Assembly (NCBI GenBank): GCA_918797485.1
Contig: CAKKNE010000002.1
Location: 3,906,001 to 3,970,000, forward strand
DNA from: Pelagomonas calceolata
Lineage: Eukaryota
DNA length: 64,000 bases
Reading direction: 5' to 3'
Part shown: positions 38,928 through 47,574 of the stretch, in pieces
How positions within the stretch are numbered: the stretch's first letter is position 1
How the letters are laid out: every line of letters starts with the position of its first letter
The notes under the pieces: model-generated
The model's database searches: none
What the model was told of the DNA's origin: nothing
The model's input: the letters and a program-made list of their open reading frames with translations, nothing else
Made by a program: the position numbers and the translations under genes

Positions 38928-40576
38928 ATGGCGCCGGCGACACCAGATCTCGAGGCCCAGGTCCTCGCGGCCTTACAATCAACGCCAAAATTCGACACCT
39001 ACGCGCAAGCCAAGGCGTTAAATGTCGACCACCAGGCGCTCGTCGGAGCCGTCAAGTCGTTATGGGCCGACGGCTACGTGACCATGGACCAGAAGAGTTG
39101 TTCGTGGCTCAACGCCACGAAGGAGGGCTGCGACATCTCGAAGAACGGCTCGCCGGAGTATAAAGTGTATGCCGCGGTCTCCGCGGCCGGATCACTACCC
39201 GTCGCGGACCTCGAGAAGAGTGTAGGCAAGGCCAGCGCCAAGGTCGGTCTTGGTGCCGCCATGAGAGAAAAATGGCTCAAGAAGGGTGGAGACGGTAGCC
39301 TGTCGGTGGCGAAGGAAGGGGTTGCCGACGCGACGCGCAAGATGCTCGAGCCCTTCGTTGGATTGAGCGAGCCGCCGGCGACGCCTCCAGTACTACAAGC
39401 GAACGACGAGAAGCAATTATTAAGACGAAAATTACTCAAAAAAGAGACTTTGAAACAGTTCGAGGTCGCGAAGGGTGCCAATTATTCCTTGGAACGCAAA
39501 AGGAAGCAGGGCGACTTGTCGGTGGACATGTTGAGAGATGGGTCCTGGAAGACGGCGGATTTTAAGGCCTACAACTATAACGCCGTCGGCGCGCCCGTCG
39601 GCGGCGGCTACTTCCAGCCTTTGTTGAAAGTGAGGGCAGAGTTCAGAAAAATATTGATGGGCATGGGCTTCGAGGAGATGCCGACCTCCAAATGGGTCGA
39701 ATCGAGTTTCTGGAACTTCGACGCGCTCTTCCAGCCGCAGTCGCATCCGGCTAGGGATGCCCACGACACGTTTTTTGTCAAGGAGCCCGCTTCCACGCTG
39801 AAGTGGCCCGCGGACTACTACGAGCGCGTGAAGAACATGCATGTAAGTGGTGGTAGTGGTAGTATCGGCCACCGGTGCCCGTTCGACGAGGGTGAGGCTC
39901 GGAAACAAATATTAAGGACGCATACCACGGCGGTGTCGGCTAGGATGTTGTACCAGCTCGCGAACCGCGAGGGCGGCTTCCGGCCGGCGAAGTACTTTTC
40001 GATCGACCGCGTGTTCCGGAACGAGACGATGGTGCGCGTCGGCGTCCCTTTTGTATTTTGATTCGCGTCGATGGCGCGATGTGGCGCGGCCGCGACGCCG
40101 TCGGCGCGGTGATGCCGACCCCCCCGCACGCCATCGACGCGATACACAAGACGCGACCCCCAACAACGCAGGACTCGACGCACCTCTGCGAGTTCCACCA
40201 GGTCGAGGGCCTCGTCGCGGACTACGACCTGAATCTAGGTAATCTCAAGTGCATCATCCGGACCTTCTTCGCCGAGATTGGGATTACGCAGCTGCGCTTC
40301 AAGCCCGCGTTCAACCCCTACACCGAGCCGTCGATGGAGGTGTTCGGCTACCATCCCGACTTAAAAAAGTGGACGGAGATCGGGAACTCGGGCATCTTCC
40401 GGCCGGAGATGCTCGCACCCATGGGGCTGCCGCCGAACGTGAGGGTGATCGCGTGGGGCTTATCGCTCGAGCGGCCGACGATGATCAAGTACCGCATCGA
40501 CAACATTAGGGATCTGTTCGGGCACAAGGCCGAGCTCGCGAAGACGGAAGCGGCGCCGATCTGCGTGTTCCCCTAG
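38928..40576 (+). CDS. FARSA: Cytosolic phenylalanyl-tRNA synthetase alpha subunit, 2 exons (intron 40032-40171)
   Basis: [67 protein letters not shown]. Confidence 0.96.
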
Positions 40577-40778
40577 TGTAAGCTTTCGGATACGCGTAGT
40601 TCTTCGCCCTGGGAACGGGTTTTTCAGCTTATGGCGACTCTTTTAGGACGCCCGAGCACGACCTGACAGCACAGTTTAGGGCAGGCGTCTAACAAAGGTG
40701 TGGCCCTGTCGCTCCTCGCGTCCCGGGAGGCCGCTGTTCAGCGACACGAAACGTCGAAACCACCCACTGCAATTGGCT

Positions 40779-41831
40779 ATGGCGAAGAAGAACTACTACG
40801 CGGTCGCCTCGGGCAAAAGGACCGGCATTTTCGACTCGTGGGACGAGGCCAGGCCCTTAGTGGAGAGAGTCCGCGGCGCGCTACACAAAGGCTTCGCGAC
40901 GCGCGACGAGGCGGAGAAATGGCTCGCGGAGCAATCTGGCGGCAGAGGCGCGGAACCGGCGCCGGGCGACGCGGCGCCCGGGGCGCCGCCGCCGCGCCCG
41001 CGGCTCGGGAAGACGAAGGTCGGCCGTCCGGCCGGGAACCGCGACGTCGCCGCCGACCTCGCGGCCGCGATGCCCGAGGCCCTGGCGCGCCAGCGGCGGG
41101 ACGTAGCGAGGAGCGCGCCCTCTCCGGCGGCCGGCGAGCGGCGCGACTTCGGCCTCAACCTGCCGGCCACCGCGTCGCGCGACGCCTACCGGAACGCCGT
41201 GGGCGCATTCCCGGGCATGGCGGCCCACCGGCGCCCGGCCGCGCCCCCCGTCGCCGGGGCGCCGCCGCTGCGCCGGCGCGACGGGCCGTCCGTGGGGGAT
41301 TTGCTAGAGGGACCGCCCAAGAAGAAGGCCCGGGCCGACACCGCGCCGGCGCCCTATCGGCCGAGGCTGACGTCAGCTGGTATAATACCGGCCGAGAATG
41401 GTGAGACGTACTTATACGGCGTGCCCCTGGGGCCGCCCCGAGGGATCACGGGGAACTCCGAAAAATTTGACCGTTTGCCGGCGCGCGACCAAGAGGTGTG
41501 CAGGGCGAGAGACGACTTTGATGCTAATGACGGAGAATACTTTCCTAACCTAACGGGCACACTTACGGACTGGGAGAATGAGATTTACTTGTATCTCCTC
41601 AAGCAGTACGGCCAGCCCCTGACAGGAAACTTCTACGCGGTTCGTGAGTTCAAACGGGAATTCGGATATCGCAAGTGGGAGTCGGTGAGAACTCACGTTA
41701 ACCGGTTCAACGGGGGCCAGACGACGCACAAGACGGGACCCCGGGGCGGCAAGATCAAGAGCACGGTGTACAAGGATTGGGTCGCGGCGCACGGGGGCGA
41801 GTGGGTCGGGTTCCAGTGGCGGCCCTTATGA
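40779..41831 (+). CDS. Protein with an RNase H1 N-terminal hybrid-binding (viroplasmin) domain and an unknown C-terminal domain
   Basis: YYAVASGKRTGIFDSWDEARPLV...HKGFATRDEAEKWL; no RNase H catalytic domain seen. Confidence 0.8.
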   Translation: MAKKNYYAVASGKRTGIFDSWDEARPLVERVRGALHKGFATRDEAEKWLAEQSGGRGAEPAPGDAAPGAPPPRPRLGKTKVGRPAGNRDVAADLAAAMPEALARQRRDVARSAPSPAAGERRDFGLNLPATASRDAYRNAVGAFPGMAAHRRPAAPPVAGAPPLRRRDGPSVGDLLEGPPKKKARADTAPAPYRPRLTSAGIIPAENGETYLYGVPLGPPRGITGNSEKFDRLPARDQEVCRARDDFDANDGEYFPNLTGTLTDWENEIYLYLLKQYGQPLTGNFYAVREFKREFGYRKWESVRTHVNRFNGGQTTHKTGPRGGKIKSTVYKDWVAAHGGEWVGFQWRPL

Positions 41832-41936
41832 GGACTAAATAAGAATGCGAGTTCATAATATTATCTCTCATCGCATATGGCAGCTTGTGCTCGCGCCAAA
41901 GTGGCTCACAGTTTTCTTATACAGCCACCAACGGCG

Positions 41937-43211
41937 TCATGACCCGTCCCATGGCGCCCCGAGCGGCGTCGGCCGCACGACCGACGCGACGAGGTCCGGC
42001 CGGGTACACGCGCCCGTCCCGTTCGCGGGCGGCCGGCCCGGGTCGCGCGCGACGCAGGCGCACGCCGTCTGCGCGGTACCGGGCAGGCGGCAGCAGCCGT
42101 GGGTCCGGTCGCGGCAGCACGGCTTCAGAGGCGGTACTGTCGGGTCGTCGCGGGCGCCGCGGTCCAGGAGCCGCAGCGCGGCCTCGGTCGCGGGCGACGC
42201 CTTCGCGTCCAGCTTCCGAGCTTGGGCGTCGAGCAGCGCGCGCCACGCGCTCCTCACCCACGGCTGCCGCAGGTCCAGCTTGTGGCCGCACGCGTGGCGC
42301 CGAAATATGTTGGGGTCCGTGCACCACGACTGCGTGCAGCCCCAGCAGTCTAGGTAGACTTGGCGTAGTTTCAAAAACGCCGCCGCCGCGCGAAGGATCG
42401 TCGGCGCGGCGACCTCGTGCGCGACGCCGCCGAAGACGCGCGCCGCCCTCGCGAGGTACGAAAACGCCTGCCGCGGCGCGTGGAACAAGTCGGCCTGGGC
42501 GGCGCAGACTTCGGCCGTGCCGAGTTCTCGGGCGGCTTCCTTGGCGAAATCGCGCACGCCGTGGCCCCAGGTCCAGTCTTGTTCATTCACGAGGTCCTCG
42601 AAACTCAGACACCCTTTGCCGTAGATGCGCAGGTGTTGGGACTCCGGCGGAGGCCCGGTCGGCGGCGCGTTGAGGCCCGCCGCGAGCGTCCAGATCGCGT
42701 CCGAGGGGAGCAAGCCTTTCGCAACCCGCCGCTGGAACGCGAGAGGCTGGATCCAGAAGTCCATGTGCGCCACGAGGACGCCCGACGGCGCGCGCGTGTG
42801 GCGCCAGGCCTTGCGCAGCCACTCCTTTCTCGGAGCGAAGACGTCTGCTCCATCAGCCTCCGCGAGATCCTCAAACAACCGCGCGTAGGTGGGCGTCCGG
42901 TGTTCGGCCCCAGCCCGGTCGACGAGGCAGCCCAGGCCGTGGGCGTCACAGTCGGTGGCGTTCAGCGGGGCGCAGGGGACCTGGCGCGGTCCGGCCCTGC
43001 CGTGGTAGACGCGGCCGCACCCCGGCTGGGGCCAGATGACGTACGCGACGCCGCCAAAGAACCGCTCGTAGCGGCGCGTGAGGTAGAAGCGGTCGCGCCG
43101 GGCTACGGTGAGGACGAGCAGCACTTTTTGGAGTGGTTGGTGCTGTCTCTGCTGTTGGGGCGTGGCGTTGGTTATCGCTGCCAGCAGGAGTGTCGCCCGC
43201 CACGGCTGCAT
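41937..43211 (-). CDS. Secreted protein, possibly DUF288/STELLO-like glycosyltransferase-related
   Basis: Signal peptide; GVLVAHMDFW, AQADLFHAP, HEVAAPTI, HKLDL motifs recalled from that family, unverified. Confidence 0.55.
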   Translation of the reverse strand: MQPWRATLLLAAITNATPQQQRQHQPLQKVLLVLTVARRDRFYLTRRYERFFGGVAYVIWPQPGCGRVYHGRAGPRQVPCAPLNATDCDAHGLGCLVDRAGAEHRTPTYARLFEDLAEADGADVFAPRKEWLRKAWRHTRAPSGVLVAHMDFWIQPLAFQRRVAKGLLPSDAIWTLAAGLNAPPTGPPPESQHLRIYGKGCLSFEDLVNEQDWTWGHGVRDFAKEAARELGTAEVCAAQADLFHAPRQAFSYLARAARVFGGVAHEVAAPTILRAAAAFLKLRQVYLDCWGCTQSWCTDPNIFRRHACGHKLDLRQPWVRSAWRALLDAQARKLDAKASPATEAALRLLDRGARDDPTVPPLKPCCRDRTHGCCRLPGTAQTACACVARDPGRPPANGTGACTRPDLVASVVRPTPLGAPWDGS

Positions 43212-43829
43212 GCTCTTCGAGTCACATGCTGCCCGGCACCACGTATGCGCTCAGTAAATGCTCTGCCTGCAGAGAGGCTGCATGCAGAGCTGCCTGCCTC
43301 TCCCTGGCCCTGATGCTAGAGGCCGCGTCACCCGAGCGCTGATCAGCGAGAGCCCGCCTTGATGCGTCGCCGGAGTGCCCGACGAGTGCTAGGTCACTCC
43401 CTATTTTAATCTAGCAGAAATGAATGTACGACGCGGGGGCCCCGAGGATCGCCCAGGACCATCCCCAGGGTAAGGATTAGCACGTAGCTTCGGCGTAGCC
43501 CGAGCGGTCTCTTTGTATGTAGGGTCGGTATAGGGTACATGTATTTTTAGGGATTATTTATTTATTTTCCCAATATACATATGTATGTGTACCTTAGGGG
43601 TCGGTGAGGGTAAATGCACTTTTTTGCGACTAATTTTTTAGGGTCGTCCTAATATTTACGGTCCGTATAGGGTAAAATGTATTGGTTAACGTATTTTTGG
43701 ATTATATATGTCCTTGACTGCTCGGCGTTCGGTCATCGTTTTTGGCATTGCGCCCAACGGCCTTGAAAATTGGTCTGCTTGACGTACGGGCCCTCCCAAG
43801 CCAAAAAAAAGCAAAAAGAAAGCGAAGCA

Positions 43830-43900
43830 TCGTTCAGCCGGGAATCGAACCCGGGGACAGTCGATGGCAACGACTGATGTTGCCACTACATCACTAAACG
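43830..43900 (-). tRNA. tRNA-Gly(GCC)-like gene, copy 1, atypical acceptor stem
   Basis: Cloverleaf CGTTTAG-TG-ATGT-AGTGGCA-ACAT-C-AGTCG-TTGCCAT-CGACT-GTCC-CCGGG-TTCGATT-CCCGG-CTGAACG-A; downstream T5/T8 Pol III terminator. Confidence 0.9.
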
Positions 43901-44695
43901 TGTTTTGGCGCGCGTGGATGGTTGTTTTACCAGGGATGCTGGTTCAGCTGTGGGGAGACCTGGCTAACTTTAGCTTAGCAGTTCTGTTTCGTCGCGGCGG
44001 AATTTAGCAAAGTAGCAAAGCGAGGCGGCATTTAAAAAAACAATATAGGGCGCGCGCGTGCAAGTGCCCGTGTACAGGCAGCAGCGACCCGAAGACAGCA
44101 AAATCGGCACTCAAAGCGCTGCAAAAAGCGGGAGACCGGAGCAGCAGCGTAAGCACCATGGGGCGACAGCAAAGCAGCAGGGTGGTGGTATTCAGGGCGG
44201 TCGCGGCGATGGCGTAACGGTGGGGCAGACACTCTCGGCGGGCTCCGTCGGGGCGGCGTCGCAGTGGCGCCATCTTCGCGCGGGCTGGGCGGCGCCGCTG
44301 CCGGTGAGTCCATGCGCCTCCCTATGCTCCCTATGTTGTTCTGCTGTCGCGCGTGAAGCGGGTGCAGGGCAGGCGGCCCGCCAGCGTCACCGGGTCGCTT
44401 GCGAAAGGCGCGGCGTGTTCCTCTCTGAGGCCGCTGAGCGAGGCCGTGGCGCGACATTCGACAACGCCCTCTTCGAAATCCGCCGGAAGCCGTCTGAGGC
44501 CGGCGCCCTCTCGACCGCGGGGGCTGCCCTTGTGCTGCGTGCGGTGCTCCGCCATGGCCGCGCGCGGTCAACAATGATGGGTAAACATTGTTGAGAAGCT
44601 GTGCTGTCGCCGGCACCGCTCCGCGCGCACGCCAAGGCCGAACTCGACGGCCGCGGGTTCATGTCGGCTAGTGGGTCTTTTCACTAGGCGACGAG

Positions 44696-45052
44696 TGAGG
44701 GGCTAGCCCGCCATACACTCGACGAAAAAGCGCTGAGGACTAGCTAGCCCGCCATTCGCTCGACGAAAAAGCGCTGAGGACTAGCTAGCCTACCGCGCAC
44801 CCGGGCCCGTCGCGCAAGTGCTGAGGACTAGCTAGCCCGCCATGCGCTCGACGAAAAAGTGCTGAGGACTAGCTAGCCCGCCATTCGCTCGACGAAAAAG
44901 CGCTGAGGACTAGCTAGCCTACCGCGCACCCGGGCCCGTCGCGCAAGTGCTGAGGACTAGCTAGCCCGCCATACGCTCGACGAAAAAGTGCTGAGGACTA
45001 GCTAGCCCGCCACACGGCTTGACGAAAAAGTGCTGAGGACTAGCTAGTCCTC
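44696..45052. repeat. Higher-order minisatellite: 8 copies of AAG(C/T)GCTGAGGACTAGCTAG(CC) with two linker types (41/47-bp units)
   Basis: Core starts at 44728, 44769, 44816, 44857, 44898, 44945, 44986, 45028; ends in the perfect palindrome GAGGACTAGCTAGTCCTC (45035-45052). Confidence 0.95.
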
Positions 45053-45089
45053 GGCCGCGCGGGGTGTCGTTGGGGCGCCGAGTTGGGGC

Positions 45090-45554
45090 GCCGGCGGAGG
45101 CACGGTCGGCGCCCGTTGAGGCCCGCCGCGAGCGTCCAGATGGCGTCCGAGGGGAGGAGGCCTCTCGCGACCCGGCGCTGCGCGGAAATTACATGGGAGT
45201 TACGAGCGACGCGTCGGCGACGCGTGTCTGAGACTTCTAAGCCACCGTCACGCCATCGCCGCGACCAGTTGCTTGAAAACACCGGCGCGCGCCTGAAACG
45301 CGAGGAGCTGGAGCCAGAAGTCCATGTGCGCCAGTGCAGCGCCACGCGACGCCATCGAGCGACGTGGCGTCGATCGATGGCATGCGGGTTCAGCTGCCGA
45401 AGAACCGCTCGTAGCGGCGCGTCAGGTAGAAGCGGTCGCGCCGGGCTACGGTGAGGACGAGCAGCACTTTTTGGAGTGGTTGGTGCTGTCTCTGTTGTTG
45501 GGGCGTGGCGTCGGTTATCGCTGCCAGCAGGAGTATTGCCCGCCACGGCTGCAT
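45090..45554 (-). pseudogene. Truncated, rearranged paralogue of the 41937-43211 gene
   Basis: 5' part near-identical; a diverged internal piece encodes AHMDFWLQLLAFQ|RRVARGLLPSDAIWTLAAGLN; an internal segment and the whole 3' half are missing. Confidence 0.8.
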
Positions 45555-46172
45555 GCTCTTCGAGTCACATGCTGCCCGGCACCACGTATGCGCTCAGGAA
45601 ATGCTCTGCCTGCAGAGAGGCTGCATGCAGAGCTGCCTGCCTCTCCCTGGCCCTGATGCTAGAGGCCGCGTCACCCGAGCGCTGATCAGCGAGAGCCCGC
45701 CTTGATGCGTCGCCGGAGTGCCCGACGAGTGCTAGGTCACTCCCTATTTTAATCTAGCAGAAATGAATGTACGACGCGGGGGCCCCGAGGATCGCCCAGG
45801 ACCATCCCCAGGGTAAGGATTAGCACGTAGCTTCGGCGTAGCCCGAGCGGTCTCTTTGTATGTAGGGTCGGTATAGGGTACATGTATTTTTAGGGATTAT
45901 TTATTTATTTTCCCAATATACATATGTATGTGTACCTTAGGGGTCGGTGAGGGTAAATGCACTTTTTTGCGACTAATTTTTTAGGGTCGTCCTAATATTT
46001 ACGGTCCGTATAGGGTAAAATGTATTGGTTAACGTATTTTTGGATTATATATGTCCTTGACTGCTCGGCGTTCGGTCATCGTTTTTGGCATTGCGCCCAA
46101 CGGCCTTGAAAATTGGTCTGCTTGACGTACGGGCCCTCCCAAGCCAAAAAAAAGCAAAAAGAAAGCGAAGCA

Positions 46173-46243
46173 TCGTTCAGCCGGGAATCGAACCCGGGGA
46201 CAGTCGATGGCAACGACTGATGTTGCCACTACATCACTAAACG
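46173..46243 (-). tRNA. tRNA-Gly(GCC)-like gene, copy 2
   Basis: Identical 71-nt sequence and poly-T terminator. Confidence 0.9.
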
Positions 46244-46504
46244 TGTTTTACAGCGTGGGATAGCTGGTTGTTTTACCAGGGATAGCTGGTTCAGCTGTGG
46301 GGAGACCTGGCTAACTTTAGCTTATAAATTGTTTCGTCGCGGCGGAATTTAGCAAAGTAGCAAAGCGAGGCGGCACGCGAAAAAACAATTGACTGCTCGG
46401 CGTTCGGTCATCGTTTTTGGCATTGCGCCCAACGGCCTTGAAAATTGGTCTGCTTGACGTACGGGCCCTCCCAAGCCAAAAAAAAGCAAAAAGAAAGCGA
46501 AGCA

Positions 46505-46575
46505 TCGTTCAGCCGGGAATCGAACCCGGGGACAGTCGATGGCAACGACTGATGTTGCCACTACATCACTAAACG
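46505..46575 (-). tRNA. tRNA-Gly(GCC)-like gene, copy 3
   Basis: Identical 71-nt sequence and poly-T terminator. Confidence 0.9.
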
Positions 46576-47574
46576 TGTTTTACAGCGTGGGATAGCTGGT
46601 TGTTTTACCAGGGATAGCTGGTTCAGCTGTGGGGAGACCTGGCTAACTTTAGCTTATAAATTGTTTCGTCGCGGCGGAATTTAGCAAAGTAGCAAAGCGA
46701 GGCGGCACGCGAAAAAACAATATAGGGCGCGCGCGTGCAAGTGCCCGTGTACAGGCAGCAGCGACCCGAAGACAGCAAAATCGGCACTCAAAGCGCTGCA
46801 AAAAGCGGGAGACCGGAGCAGCAGCGTAAGCACCATGGGGCGACAGCAAAGCAGCAGGGTGGTGGTATTCAGGGCGGTCGCGGCGATGGCGTAACGGTGG
46901 GGCAGACACTCTCGGCGGGCTCCGTCGGGGCGGCGTCGCAGTGGCGCCATCTTCGCGCGGGCTGGGCGGCGCCGCTGCCGGTGAGTCCATGCGCCTCCCT
47001 ATGCTCCCTATGTTGTTCTGCTGTCGCGCGTGAAGCGGGTGCAGGGCAGGCGGCCCGCCAGCGTCACCGGGTCGCTTGCGAAAGGCGCGGCGTGTTCCTC
47101 TCTGAGGCCGCTGAGCGAGGCCGTGGCGCGACATTCGACAACGCCCTCTTCGAAATCCGCCGGAAGCCGTCTGAAAGCCGGCGCCCTCTCGACCGCGGGG
47201 GCTGCCCTTGTGCTGCGTGCGGTGCTCCGCCATGGCCGCGCGAGCAAGAGAGTGCTATTGGTCTCGGGGTTTGTTTTCGCTCGCTTCGCGCGCGAGGACC
47301 ACACCCCGCTAGGATGGTTTGTTTTAAGGCATGTTGTTTATTCGGCCGCGCCTACTACGCCATCGTCGCCTTTGCTACGAGTCGACGCAACAGCGTTCGA
47401 AAAACCCGAACCCGAACCCATTGAAAATCAGCGCCAGCGGCCCGGCCGTGCCGCGAGGCAGCCCCGCCCCACCCGCAGCGATCGTCAAGAGCCAAAACGA
47501 TCTCGCAGTGGTAGGCACACGGCAGGAGACGGACGGCGGCAGCCCGAGGGCAGCCCAAAAACTCATAGAGCAGG

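Larger units (their letters stand above)
43058..47242. repeat. Direct segmental duplication: 43058-44564 repeated at 45401-47242, the second copy with an extra 332-bp tandem unit (46057-46388 / 46389-46720)
   Basis: Near-identical sequence at offset 2343; the ORF track shows identical spurious peptides in both copies. Confidence 0.93.

Noticed and set aside
44696..45052. CRISPR array
   Set aside because: Linkers are two recurring types rather than unique spacers, there are no cas genes, and the context is eukaryotic
43686..46561. Repeated small ORFs MATSVVAIDCPRVRFPAER
   Set aside because: They are translations across the tRNA-like gene and its poly-T terminator
44004..47424. ORFs of 90-230 aa in the duplicated GC-rich segment
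   Set aside because: No domain recognised, overlapping in several frames, and the frames differ between the two copies
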